This document shows, one piece after another, positions 25,275 through 39,929 of a stretch of 64,000 nt of DNA. The notes beneath the pieces are model-generated. The model was given only the letters and a program-made list of their open reading frames with translations, was not told where the DNA came from and ran no database searches. Source of the stretch: Eledone cirrhosa. Lineage: Eukaryota. Both the position numbers and the translations under genes were made by a program. Each line of letters starts with the position of its first letter. The stretch's first letter is position 1. The stretch is from NCBI GenBank assembly GCA_964016885.1, contig OZ024743.1:312852001-312916000 (forward strand), read 5' to 3'.

Positions 25275-28200
25275 AATTCTGCCAATCCACTACCACTACC
25301 GGGCTGGAACATTATCAACCCTGATTCTGCCAATCCACTACCACTACTGGGCTGGTACTTTATCAACCCTGATTCTGCCAATCCACTACCACTACTGGGC
25401 TGCTACTTTATCAACCCTGATTCTGCCAATCCACTACCACTACTGGGCTGCTACTTTATCAACCCTGATTCTGCCAATCCACTACCACTACTGGGCTGGT
25501 ACTTTATCAACCTTGATTCTGCCAATCCACTACCACTACTGGGCTGGTACTTTATCAACCCTGATTCTGCCAATCCACTACCACTACTGGGCTGGTACTT
25601 TATCAACCTTGATTCTGCCAATCCACTACCACTACTGGGCTGCTACTTTATCAACCCTGATTCTGCCAATCCACTACCACTACTAGGCTGGTACTTTATC
25701 AACCTTGATTCTGCCAATCCACTACCACTACTAGGCTGCTACTTTATCAACCCTGATTCTGCCAATCCACTACCACTACTGGGCTGCTACTTTATCAACC
25801 CTGATTCTGCCAATCCACTACCACTACTGGGCTGGTACTTTATCAACCCTGATTCTGCCAATCCACTACCACTACTAGGCTGCTACTTTATCAACCCTGA
25901 TTCTGCCAATCCACTACCACTAGTGGGCTGCTACTTTATCAACCCTGATTCTGCCAATCCACTACCACTACTAGGCTGCTACTTTATCAACCCTGATTCT
26001 GCCAATCCACTACCACTAGTGGGCTGCTACTTTATCAACCCTGATTCTGCCAATCCACTACCACTACTGGGCTGCTACTTTATCAACCCTGATTCTGCCA
26101 ATCCACTACCACTACTGGGCTGGTACTTTATCAACCTTGATTCTGCCAATCCACTACCACTACTGGGCTGGTACTTTATCAACCCTGATTCTGCCAATCC
26201 ACTACCACTACTAGGCTGCTACTTTATCAACCCTGATTCTGCCAATCCACTACCACTACTAGGCTGCTACTTTATCAACCTTGATTCTGCCAATCCACTA
26301 CCACTACTAGGCTGCTACTTTATCAACCCTGATTCTGCCAATCCACTACCACTACTAGGCTGCTACTTTATCAACCTTGATTCTGCCAATCCACTACCAC
26401 TACTAGGCTGCTACTTTATCAACCTTGATTCTGCCAATCCACTACCACTACTGGGCTGGTACTTTATCAACCCTGATTCTGCCAATCCACTACCACTACT
26501 AGGCTGCTACTTTATCAACCCTGATTCTGCCAATCCACTACCACTACTAGGCTGCTACTTTATCAACCTTGATTCTGCCAATCTACTACCACTACTAGGC
26601 TGCTACTTTATCAACCCTGATTCTGCCAATCCACTACCACTACTAGGCTGCTACTTTATCAACCCTGATTCTGCCAATCCACTACCACTACTAGGCTGCT
26701 ACTTTATCAACCTTGATTCTGCCAATCCACTACCACTACTAGGCTGCTACTTTATCAACCCTGATTCTGCCAATCCACTACCACTACTGGGCTGCTACTT
26801 TATCAACCCTGATTCTGCCAATCCACTACCACTACTGGGCTGGTACTTTATCAACCCTGATTCTGCCAATCCACTACCACTAGTGGGCTGCTACTTTATC
26901 AACCCTGATTCTGCCAATCCACTACCACTACTGGGCTGGTACTTTATCAACCCTGATTCTGCCAATCCACTACCACTACTAGGCTGCTACTTTATCAACC
27001 CTGATTCTGCCAATCCACTACCACTAGTGGGCTGCTACTTTATCAACCCTGATTCTGCCAATCCACTACCACTACTAGGCTGCTACTTTATCAACCCTGA
27101 TTCTGCCAATCCACTACCACTAGTGGGCTGCTACTTTATCAACCCTGATTCTGCCAATCCACTACCACTACTGGGCTGCTACTTTATCAACCCTGATTCT
27201 GCCAATCCACTACCACTACTGGGCTGGTACTTTATCAACCTTGATTCTGCCAATCCACTACCACTACTGGGCTGGTACTTTATCAACCCTGATTCTGCCA
27301 ATCCACTACCACTACTAGGCTGCTACTTTATCAACCCTGATTCTGCCAATCCACTACCACTACTAGGCTGCTACTTTATCAACCTTGATTCTGCCAATCC
27401 ACTACCACTACTAGGCTGCTACTTTATCAACCCTGATTCTGCCAATCCACTACCACTACTAGGCTGCTACTTTATCAACCTTGATTCTGCCAATCCACTA
27501 CCACTACTAGGCTGCTACTTTATCAACCTTGATTCTGCCAATCCACTACCACTACTGGGCTGGTACTTTATCAACCCTGATTCTGCCAATCCACTACCAC
27601 TACTAGGCTGCTACTTTATCAACCCTGATTCTGCCAATCCACTACCACTACTAGGCTGCTACTTTATCAACCCTGATTCTGCCAATCCACTACCACTACT
27701 GGGCTGGTACTTTATCAACCTTGATTCTGCCAATCCACTACCACTACTGGGCTGGTACTTTATCAACCCTGATTCTGCCAATCCACTACCACTACTAGGC
27801 TGCTACTTTATCAACCCTGATTCTGCCAATCCACTACCACTACTAGGCTGCTACTTTATCAACCCTGATTCTGCCAATCCACTACCACTACTGGGCTGGT
27901 ACTTTATCAACCTTGATTCTGCCAATCCACTACCACTACTGGGCTGGTACTTTATCAACCCTGATTCTGCCAATCCACTACCACTACTAGGCTGCTACTT
28001 TATCAACCCTGATTCTGCCAATCCACTACCACTACTAGGCTGCTACTTTATCAACCCTGATTCTGCCAATCCACTACCACTACTGGGCTGCTACTTTATC
28101 AACCTTGATTCTGCCAATCCACTACCACTAGTGGGATGGTACTTTATCAACCTTGATTCTGCCAATCCACTACCACTACTGGGCTGCTACTTTATCAACC

Positions 28201-31200
28201 CTGATTCTGCCAATCCACTACCACTAGTGGGCTGCTACTTTATCAACCCTGATTCTGCCAATCCACTACCACTAGTGGGCTGCTACTTTATCAACCTTGA
28301 TTCTGCCAATCCACTACCACTACTGGGCTGCTACTTTATCAACCTTGATTCTGCCAATCCACTACCACTACTAGGCTGCTACTTTATCAACCCTGATTCT
28401 GCCAATCCACTACCACTACTGGGCTGCTACTTTATCAACCTTGATTCTGCCAATCCACTACCACTACTAGGCTGCTACTTTATCAACCCTGATTCTGCCA
28501 ATCCACTACCACTACTAGGCTGCTACTTTATCAACCTTGATTCTGCCAATCCACTACCACTACTGGGCTGCTACTTTATCAACCTTGATTCTGCCAATCC
28601 ACTACCACTACTAGGCTGCTACTTTATCAACCCTGATTCTGCCAATCCACTACCACTACTAGGCTGCTACTTTATCAACCTTGATTCTGCCAATCCACTA
28701 CCACTACTAGGCTGCTACTTTATCAACCCTGATTCTGCCAATCCACTACCACTACTAGGCTGCTACTTTATCAACCCTGATTCTGCCAATCCACTACCAC
28801 TACTAGGCTGCTACTTTATCAACCTTGATTCTGCCAATCCACTACCACTACTAGGCTGCTACTTTATCAACCCTGATTCTGCCAATCCACTACCACTACT
28901 GGGCTGCTACTTTATCAACCCTGATTCTGCCAATCCACTACCACTACTGGGCTGGTACTTTATCAACCCTGATTCTGCCAATCCACTACCACTACTGGGC
29001 TGCTACTTTATCAACCCTGATTCTGCCAATCCACTACCACTACTGGGCTGCTACTTTATCAACCTTGATTCTGCCAATCCACTACCACTACTAGGCTGCT
29101 ACTTTATCAACCCTGATTCTGCCAATCCACTACCACTACTGGGCTGGTACTTTATCAACCTTGATTCTGCCAATCCACTACCACTACTGGGCTGCTACTT
29201 TATCAACCCTGATTCTGCCAATCCACTACCACTACTGGGCTGGTACTTTATCAACCTTGATTCTGCCAATCCACTACCACTACTGGGCTGCTACTTTATC
29301 AACCCTGATTCTGCCAATCCACTACCACTACTGGGCTGCTACTTTATCAACCCTGATTCTGCCAATCCACTACCACTACTGGGCTGGTACTTTATCAACC
29401 CTGATTCTGCCAATCCACTACCACTACTGGGCTGCTACTTTATCAACCTTGATTCTGCCAATCCACTACCACTAGTGGGCTGCTACTTTATCAACCCTGA
29501 TTCTGCCAATCCACTACCACTACTGGGCTGGTACTTTATCAACCTTGATTCTGCCAATCCACTACCACTAGTGGGCTGCTACTTTATCAACCCTGATTCT
29601 GCCAATCCACTACCACTACTGGGCTGGTACTTTATCAACCTTGATTCTGCCAATCCACTACCACTACTGGGCTGCTACTTTATCAACCTTGATTCTGCCA
29701 ATCCACTACCACTAGTGGGCTGCTACTTTATCAACCCTGATTCTGCCAATCCACTACCACTACTGGGCTGGTACTTTATCAACCTTGATTCTGCCAATCC
29801 ACTACCACTAGTGGGCTGCTACTTTATCAACCCTGATTCTGCCAATCCACTACCACTACTAGGCTGCTACTTTATCAACCCTGATTCTGCCAATCCACTA
29901 CCACTACTAGGCTGCTACTTTATCAACCTTGATTCTGCCAATCCACTACCACTAGTGGGCTGCTACTTTATCAACCCTGATTCTGCCAATCCACTACCAC
30001 TAGTGGGCTGGTACTTTATCAACCTTGATTCTGCCAATCCACTACCACTAGTGGGCTGCTACTTTATCAACCTTGATTCTGCCAATCCACTACCACTAGT
30101 GGGCTGCTACTTTATCAACCCTGATTCTGCCAATCCACTACCACTACTGGGCTGCTACTTTATCAACCCTGATTCTGCCAATCCACTACCACTACTGGGC
30201 TGCTACTTTATCAACCTTGATTCTGCCAATCCACTACCACTACTAGGCTGCTACTTTATCAACCTTGATTCTGCCAATCCACTACCACTACTAGGCTGCT
30301 ACTTTATCAACCCTGATTCTGCCAATCCACTACCACTAGTGGGCTGCTACTTTATCAACCCTGATTCTGCCAATCCACTACCACTAGTGGGCTGCTACTT
30401 TATCAACCTTGATTCTGCCAATCCACTACCACTACTGGGCTGGTACTTTATCAACCTTGATTCTGCCAATCCACTACCACTACTGGGCTGCTACTTTATC
30501 AACCTTGATTCTGCCAATCCACTACCACTACTAGGCTGCTACTTTATCAACCCTGATTCTGCCAATCCACTACCACTACTAGGCTGCTACTTTATCAACC
30601 TTGATTCTGCCAATCCACTACCACTAGTGGGCTGCTACTTTATCAACCCTGATTCTGCCAATCCACTACCACTACTAGGCTGCTACTTTATCAACCTTGA
30701 TTCTGCCAATCCACTACCACTAGTGGGCTGCTACTTTATCAACCTTGATTCTGCCAATCCACTACCACTAGTGGGCTGGTACTTTATCAACCTTGATTCT
30801 GCCAATCCACTACCACTACTAGGCTGCTACTTTATCAACCTTGATTCTGCCAATCCACTACCACTACTAGGCTGCTACTTTATCAACCTTGATTCTGCCA
30901 ATCCACTACCACTACTAGGCTGCTACTTTATCAACCTTGATTCTGCCAATCCACTACCACTACTAGGCTGCTACTTTATCAACCTTGATTCTGTCAATCC
31001 ACTACCACTAGTGGGCTGCTACTTTATCAACCCTGATTCTGCCAATCCACTACCACTACTAGGCTGCTACTTTATCAACCTTGATTCTGCCAATCCACTA
31101 CCACTAGTGGGCTGCTACTTTATCAACCTTGATTCTGCCAATCCACTACCACTACTAGGCTGCTACTTTATCAACCTTGATTCTGCCAATCCACTACCAC

Positions 31201-34200
31201 TAGTGGGCTGCTACTTTATCAACCTTGATTCTGCCAATCCACTACCACTAGTGGGCTGCTACTTTATCAACCCTGATTCTGCCAATCCACTACCACTACT
31301 AGGCTGCTACTTTATCAACCTTGATTCTGCCAATCCACTACCACTACTGGGCTGGTACTTTATCAACCCTGATTCTGCCAATCCACTACCACTACTGGGC
31401 TGGTACTTTATCAACCTTGATTCTGCCAATCCACTACCACTACTAGGCTGCTACTTTATCAACCCTGATTCTGCCAATCCACTACCACTACTGGGCTGGT
31501 ACTTTATCAACCTTGATTCTGCCAATCCACTACCACTACTGGGCTGGTACTTTATCAACCCTGATTCTGCCAATCCACTACCACTACTGGGCTGGTACTT
31601 TATCAACCCTGATTCTGCCAATCCACTACCACTACTGGGCTGGTACTTTATCAACCTTGATTCTGCCAATCCACTACCACTACTAGGCTGCTACTTTATC
31701 AACCCTGATTCTGCCAATCCACTACCACTACTGGGCTGGTACTTTATCAACCTTGATTCTGCCAATCCACTACCACTACTGGGCTGGTACTTTATCAACC
31801 CTGATTCTGCCAATCCACTACCACTACTGGGCTGGAACATTATCAACCTTGATTCTGCCAATCCACTACCACTACTGGGCTGGTACTTTATCAACCCTGA
31901 TTCTGCCAATCCACTACCACTACTGGGCTGGTACTTTATCAACCCTGATTCTGCCAATCCACTACCACTACTGGGCTGGAACATTATCAACCTTGATTCT
32001 GCCAATCCACTACCACTACTGGGCTGGTACTTTATCAACCCTGATTCTGCCAATCCACTACCACTACTGGGCTGGTACTTTATCAACCCTGATTCTGCCA
32101 ATCCACTACCACTACTGGGCTGGTACTTTATCAACCTTGATTCTGCCAATCCACTACCACTACTGGGCTGGTACTTTATCAACCCTGATTCTGCCAATCC
32201 ACTACCACTACTGGGCTGGTACTTTATCAACCCTGATTCTGCCAATCCACTACCACTACTGGGCTGGTACTTTATCAACCTTGATTCTGCCAATCCACTA
32301 CCACTACTGGGCTGGTACTTTATCAACCCTGATTCTGCCAATCCACTACCACTACTGGGCTGGTACTTTATCAACCCTGATTCTGCCAATCCACTACCAC
32401 TACTAGGCTGGTACTTTATCAACCCTGATTCTGCCAATCCACTACCACTACTGGGCTGGTACTTTATCAACCCTGATTCTGCCAATCCACTACCACTACT
32501 AGGCTGCTACTTTATCAACCTTGATTCTGCCAATCCACTACCACTACTAGGCTGCTACTTTATCAACCCTGATTCTGCCAATCCACTACCACTACTGGGC
32601 TGGTACTTTATCAACCCTGATTCTGCCAATCCACTACCACTACTAGGCTGCTACTTTATCAACCCTGATTCTGCCAATCCACTACCACTACTAGGCTGGT
32701 ACTTTATCAACCCTGATTCTGCCAATCCACTACCACTACTGGGCTGGTACTTTATCAACCTTGATTCTGCCAATCCACTACCACTACTGGGCTGCTACTT
32801 TATCAACCTTGATTCTGCCAATCCACTACCACTACTGGGCTGGTACTTTATCAACCCTGATTCTGCCAATCCACTACCACTACTGGGCTGGTACTTTATC
32901 AACCTTGATTCTGCCAATCCACTATCACTACCTAACTGGTACTTTATCAACCCTGATTCTGCCAATCCACTACCACTAGTGGGCTGGTACTTTATCAACC
33001 TTGATTCTGCCAATCCACTATCACTACCTAACTGGTACTTTATCAACCCTGATTCTGCCAATCCACTACCACTACTGGGCTGGTACTTTATCAACCTTGA
33101 TTCTGCCAATCCACTACCACTAGTGGGCTGCTACTTTATCAACCTTGATTCTGCCAATCCACTATCACTACCTAACTGGTACTTTATCAACCTTGATTCT
33201 GCCAATCCACTACCACTACTGGGCTGGTACTTTATCAACCCTGATTCTGCCAATCCACTACCACTACTGGGCTGGTACTTTATCAACCTTGATTCTGCCA
33301 ATCCACTATCACTACCTAACTGGTACTTTATCAACCCTGATTCTGCCAATCCACTACCACTACTGGGCTGCTACTTTATCAACCTTGATTCTGCCAATCC
33401 ACTACCACTAGTGGGCTGCTACTTTATCAACCTTGATTCTGCCAATCCACTACCACTACTGGGCTGGTACTTTATCAACCTTGATTCTGCCAATCCACTA
33501 CCACTAGTGGGCTGGTACTTTATCAACCTTGATTCTGCCAATCCACTACCACTACTGGGCTGGTACTTTATCAACCTTGATTCTGCCAATCCACTACCAC
33601 TACTAGGCTGCTACTTTATCAACCTTGATTCTGCCAATCCACTACCACTAGTGGGCTGCTACTTTATCAACCCTGATTCTGCCAATCCACTACCACTACT
33701 GGGCTGCTACTTTATCAACCCTGATTCTGCCAATCCACTACCACTACTGGGCTGCTACTTTATCAACCCTGATTCTGCCAATCCACTACCACTACTGGGC
33801 TGGTACTTTATCAACCTTGATTCTGCCAATCCACTACCACTACTAGGCTGCTACTTTATCAACCCTGATTCTGCCAATCCACTACCACTACTGGGCTGGT
33901 ACTTTATCAACCTTGATTCTGCCAATCCACTACCACTACTGGGCTGCTACTTTATCAACCTTGATTCTGCCAATCCACTACCACTACTGGGCTGCTACTT
34001 TATCAACCTTGATTCTGCCAATCCACTACCACTAGTGGGCTGGTACTTTATCAACCTTGATTCTGCCAATCCACTACCACTACTAGGCTGCTACTTTATC
34101 AACCTTGATTCTGCCAATCCACTACCACTACTAGGCTGCTACTTTATCAACCTTGATTCTGCCAATCCACTACCACTACTAGGCTGCTACTTTATCAACC

Positions 34201-35165
34201 TTGATTCTGCCAATCCACTACCACTACTGGGCTGGTACTTTATCAACCTTGATTCTGCCAATCCACTACCACTACTAGGCTGCTACTTTATCAACCTTGA
34301 TTCTGCCAATCCACTACCACTACTGGGCTGGTACTTTATCAACCTTGATTCTGCCAATCCACTACCACTACTGGGCTGGTACTTTATCAACCTTGATTCT
34401 GCCAATCCACTACCACTACTAGGCTGCTACTTTATCAACCCTGATTCTGCCAATCCACTACCACTACTGGGCTGCTACTTTATCAACCTTGATTCTGCCA
34501 ATCCACTACCACTAGTGGGCTGGTACTTTATCAACCTTGATTCTGCCAATCCACTATCACTACCTAACTGGTACTTTATCAACCCTGATTCTGCCAATCC
34601 ACTACCACTAGTGGGCTGGTACTTTATCAACCTTGATTCTGCCAATCCACTATCACTACCTAACTGGTACTTTATCAACCCTGATTCTGCCAATCCACTA
34701 CCACTAGTGGGCTGGTACTTTATCAACCTTGATTCTGCCAATCCACTATCACTACCTAACTGGTACTTTATCAACCCTGATTCTGCCAATCCACTACCAC
34801 TACCACTGGACTGGTACTTTATTTATCAACCCTGATTCTGCCAATCCACCACCACCACTACTGGGCTGGTACTTTATCAACCCTGATTCTGCCAATCCAC
34901 CACCATCACCACCACCCCTAGACTGGTATATTTATCAACCCTGATTCTGCCAATCCATCACCACCACCTCTGGGCTGGTACTTTATTTATTGACCTTGAT
35001 TCTGCCAATTCACCACCACCACCCCTCAAATGGTACTTTATTTATTAACCCTGATTCTGCCAATTCACCACCCCTCAAATGGTATTTTATTTATTAATCC
35101 TGATTCTGCCAATCCACCACCACCACCACCAATACTGGACTGGTACCTTATTTATCAACCCTGAA
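25275..35165. repeat. 48-bp tandem satellite, about 200 copies, SINE-derived
   Basis: Unit gattctgccaatccactaccacta(c/g)t(g/a)ggctg(g/c)tactttatcaacc(c/t)t; indel-free to ~34800, then several diverged units merging into a SINE body. Confidence 0.98.
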
Positions 35166-35313
35166 AGCAAAGTTGACTTCAGCAGAATTCGAACTCTGAG
35201 CACAGAGTGTCAAAACAAATACTATAAAGCATTCTTTCCAACACTCTTAATGACTCCATTAATTTTCTACCTTTATTTAAAAGAGTTGTAAATAAGTTAA
35301 TATTTTTAAATAC

Positions 35314-35521
35314 CTTATTCCCACGCATTGTAATTCTGCCACCACATCTGGCACATGATTTTAGGTGACAGTAGTGACAACTATGTCCAACACCATCAGC
35401 AAATTTTGTTTTATGGCATATTTGGCAGACAGCACCTTCATCTTGTGGAGTTACTTGTTTGGTTTCTTCACTTAATTTTTTTACTGCTTGTTGGTAGCTA
35501 TCAAATTCATCTTGCATTTGT
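35314..35521 (-). CDS. RIM: RIM (Rab3-interacting molecule) exon: end of Rab-binding helix and first part of the FYVE-type zinc finger
   Basis: Acceptor ttttcag|A at 35522/35521 and donor AAG|gtattt at 35314/35313. Encodes QMQDEFDSYQQAVKKLSEETKQVTPQDEGAVCQICHKTKFADGVGHSCHYCHLKSCARCGGRITMRGNK; CxICHKTKFADGxGHxCxYCxxKxCARCGGR is the RIM/UNC-10 zinc-finger signature. Confidence 0.93.
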
Positions 35522-37239
35522 CTGAAAAATAATTTAAAACAAAAGGTGAGAATAGGACCCTAAAGAAACATGAATTAAATAAAATAATTTCTCAAATTTC
35601 AGAGTTGAACTTGTCTGGCAACTGACTTTATATGAGAAGATATGAAACCAAAGCAATTAAAGTTTATATAATGACTAAAGTACTCATGAATGCAGATACT
35701 ATAAAATAGCTTACAAAATAGGGTGAAGACCCTTAAAGACGGAAAAAGAAGTGAATGGCCGATGGCAACATTTTTTCCCATTTTTATGAGTCTTCACTCT
35801 ATTTTGTAATATGTTTTAGAGCATTTCTGCACATGAGCACACCATTCTTTATATTAAGTTTATCCCCTCAGTGCTTCATAAAAATTCAAGAGATTGTCTA
35901 TGTATACACAAAGGAATGAAATTTCACAGTTTTTGAATGGTTATAATGACTCTTCTACAATGTTATTAATCAAATGAACTGTTTATAGAAAGTGAGTAAT
36001 GTAATTATTCACATTCACTTCAGTCTCATGGGGGTTGGCTGAAGGCCATAGACACTGTCCCTTCTTCTAAACTAGCATTTCTCAACCTTTTGTCACCCTT
36101 GTGAAACATTTGAGATAGTTTTCATGTCTCGTCGGGGAACTCCTGGATAAAAATTATCATATACTATTAGTAATATTTATCTCTTTTATATTTTTATCCT
36201 AGTTATTATAATAACCAAGGATTTTCCAACGTGTATAGTAAAATAACTGATATAAAATTAAACAAAAATTACTCAAAATAGCATTAGCTTATTTAACACT
36301 TTCTTTCAGAACCCCTAGGGACCTTTTGTGGAACCCTAGCGTTCTAGAGAACTCTGGTTAAGAAACACTGCTCTAGTCATACTAAGTAAAAACAAAGATT
36401 GGTATTTATTAGCTTGAAAGGCCAAAGCTAAATCCATGTAGAATCTCAACTCTAAATTAGAAGGATGGAACCACAATAAACAAAACAAAAAATCCAACTC
36501 TAAGAATTCTGCCAATCCACTATCCCTTAACTGCTAGTTTATCAATCACAAAAGTTGACCTGATCAGGATTTGAACTCAGAGTGCAGACATCCAGGAATA
36601 AATATAGAGGCATTCATTCTGACAGTCTAACAATTGCCAAAAGAATAATGATGTCACAACAAAAAGTGATCAGCCCACACTGGAAAGTGATCGTTTTGGT
36701 GCCACAATAAAAAACACCCAGTACATACTGTAAAATAGTCGTTTTGGTGAAATGATAAAAAGCACCTATTACACATTGTAAAGCCAGAATCAGTTGTGTA
36801 TGAGTGAGACACGGTCATCTGATCTGGCTTGTCTCACAACAGGGCACCTCATCTAACCCATGCTAGCATGGAAAAATGAATGTTAAATGGTGATGATGAT
36901 GATGGTAATAAAGATAGAGATAATAGATAGGAAATAGATCAAGTCAACTTCTGCAGGTTGTGTTATAATCACAACAAAAACAAACAGAGTTTCATGTAAG
37001 CTTAGCCAATTGTTATAGTAAATTATAAATTTAATATGAATAATTTATTCTGGAACATCACTACAATCAATAAATATTGCCACTCTTAGAAACAAAAGGT
37101 AGCAGAGTACTAAATATATTATTATTAGTGGAGTATTGTCATAAAAAATGATGACTTTTATTATTTATAGAGAAAAATGTTTTTTCTTAATTTTGAAAAC
37201 CATTTGAAAACACTAATTTCTATAACATATAATATATTG

Positions 37240-37623
37240 TATGTATGTGTGTGTGTATACACAAAGAGAGGAAGAGAGTCAATATATTGTGTGTATATGT
37301 GTGTATACAGAGAGAGAACGGGAAAGTTCATATAGTGCGTGTTTGTGTGTAGTGAGAGAGAGAGAGAAAGAGAATCCATATACTGTGTGTTTGTGTGTTT
37401 ATACACAGAAAAAGAAACAGGGAAGGGGTCAATATACTGCATGTGTATAGAGAAAGAGAGAAAGTAAGTCAATATACAGTATATGTGTGTGTGTATACAT
37501 AGATAGGGAGAGAGAGAGGAAAGAGTCCATATACCGTGTGTGTGTGTCTATATACAGAGAGAGATGGGAGAGAGTCCATATACTTTGTGTGTGTGTATAC
37601 AGGGAGAGAGAGGGTGAGTCAAT

Positions 37624-37659
<36 letters not shown>

Positions 37660-37770
37660 CAGAGGGAGGGGGTAAATATACTGTGTGTATATCTGAATAT
37701 ACAGAGAAAAAGAGAGAGAGAGAGAGAGAGGCAATATACTGTGTTTGGTGTGTGTGTAGAGAAAGAAAGA
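37240..37770. repeat. Degenerate compound minisatellite (GA)n-gtcaatatact-(GT)n
   Basis: About 9 imperfect units. Confidence 0.8.
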
Positions 37771-38682
37771 GTCAAACTTAATACAAATATACATATAAAA
37801 ATTATTATATATGACTATAAATATAAAGTTCTTTTCTTTTAAAAGATATCTTGTGTTTTCTACAAGATATTGTGTTGGTTGCTTTTTCCATTTAATCATG
37901 TGACACCTACGACCTCAACCAATCACAAAACTTACAACTCTCTATTTTCTTTTCTTGCTCTCACTCACCTTTATTTTCATACTCCCACTGTCACTAAATG
38001 TCACTCTCATTTTACAGCCACCTACTCCCTTACTATCTCGTTTGTGTGACAGCAAATAAAAACACATGATAGTTATTCTATGTGGATTTTGTGTTTCATA
38101 TTTCAGGTTTCTGAATTCAACTTTGATAACTTTTATCACTCCATCACAATGGAGTGTATGGGGCAATGAAATTAATAACAGTAATACACTAGAGTTGAAA
38201 CTACATTTCAACTCTAGTATATTACAGGTATATTTACTGTAACTATTGAGGCCTTTCACTTACAAAACTGAAGATCAGGAGAGGGAAGTTACTGTGCAGA
38301 AGGTCTCCAGATGGTAGATAGAGGAACAATCTCTAGATATATGGGTTAGTGATAAATATGAAAAAAACTGAATGAAACAAAGGCTGTCCTTTGGCAAACA
38401 CTAGACTGCCAGCAAACCTAGAGTCTTGGGTGAAACCATGGGAAGCAGTATGGTGGATTGAAACATTGGTGAAAGAATCATCCATTGACCAATGGCAACA
38501 TTCACATGATGTTGGGCAGAAGAATCTCTCTGAGATCAATGGCTAGAATCACCAAGTTCCTGAAGTGTATTACAGCTAATATCTGTAGTCCAGGACAGAA
38601 GAACCTCTCTGAGTTTAATAGTCAGAATCACCAAATTCCCAACATCTATAGATTTGGCAGCCATAGATGTTTTAAGTTAAAG

Positions 38683-38867
38683 CAGTGGTTCCCAAAGTGG
38701 GTTCTGCGGAACCCAAGGGTTCCACAAAGGAGTGTCTGGGATTCCGTGAAAAAAGGTAGAGGAGTATGTTTATATTACGACCATATAACAGTATTAGACT
38801 TGGAGGTTCCTCCAAAAGTTTCTAAACCAAAAAGGTCTCTGCATTTGAAAAAATTTGGGAAACCCTG
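38683..38867. mobile_element. hAT/Charlie-like MITE
   Basis: TIR cagtggttcccaaa / tttgggaaaccctg. An older related element lies at ~36073-36370. Confidence 0.65.
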
Positions 38868-39929
38868 AGCTAAGGAAAGATTTGAAATGTGTCACATAAT
38901 CTGAGCAAACTCGACCAGATAATGAGGAAATTATATTTTCTTTACTTAAAGTTCATTACAAAGTAAGAAATCATGCTAAACGTTAATTTATTCTTGACAT
39001 TTTTCTAATGAAAGAAAAAAATGTGTATTTGAAAATGATATTCCTAGAATTACTCATGGTAATTAACACACATAAGTTAATTTTTTTTGCACTCTAAAGA
39101 AAATGATACATGTTTTAACTCTTTTGTTAGCATATTTCTAATGAAAAACTTTCAAAAAAATTAAGAAAATAATCAAGAATTTGGAGGGATTTGGTAATAT
39201 AACAAGCTTTCTCATTATTAAGCTGGTGTTTGAAATACAATTATGATGAAAGGCTTTTAGATAAATATAAGCATTTTAACCCTTACTACCATTTTAACCC
39301 TTGTTTTCTAAGGAAAACTCAACTGACAATTTTCAATTAATTTTGAAAATAATCCAGAATTTGAATGGATTTGATAATAAAATTAACTGTTTCAATGTTT
39401 GGGGCATAAGTTAATTAAGGTTCTTACATAATATTATACTGGAAAGTTTTTAGATAAATATAAACATTTAAAGTAAACAAATTAGTATTGTAAAATGAGG
39501 AGTGGTTTCAAAAGAGTTGTTTTAATGAATTTAAGAAAGTCAATAAAAAGAAAATTTTTGATAATCATCATCGTTTAACGTCCATTTTCCATGCTAGTAT
39601 GGGTAGGAAGGCAATTCCTTTGTGAGAGATCAGGTCAGAGGACCTTGATTCGGACACATGGAACTGATTTTGGCTTGTTTTCTGTAACTAGATGACCTTC
39701 CTAATGCCAACCACATTTACAATGTGTGTTGGGTGCTTATTGTCATGACACCTACACAACCACTAACAATAATGGAATATAGAACATTTGTAAGCAATGA
39801 AAAAGGTTGAGTTGATCCCAGTTCTAGTTGGGGTGGTTGATACTGTGATCACCTAAATTAAATGTTATTTTTTTTAAATGGGACCAACATCAGGGTGGGG
39901 CTCTTATAGAAAAAACAGTCCCTGGACTG

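Noticed and set aside
25923-34835. 2970-aa ORF of 16-aa repeats (GCYFINPDSANPLPLL)
   Set aside because: It is a by-product of a 48-bp (multiple of 3) unit with no stop in one frame. It has no ATG start (GTG), no unique domains, a SINE-derived unit, and lies antisense in a RIM intron.
25275-35165. CRISPR-like array
   Set aside because: Units are head-to-tail with no unique spacers, there are no cas genes, and the context is eukaryotic.
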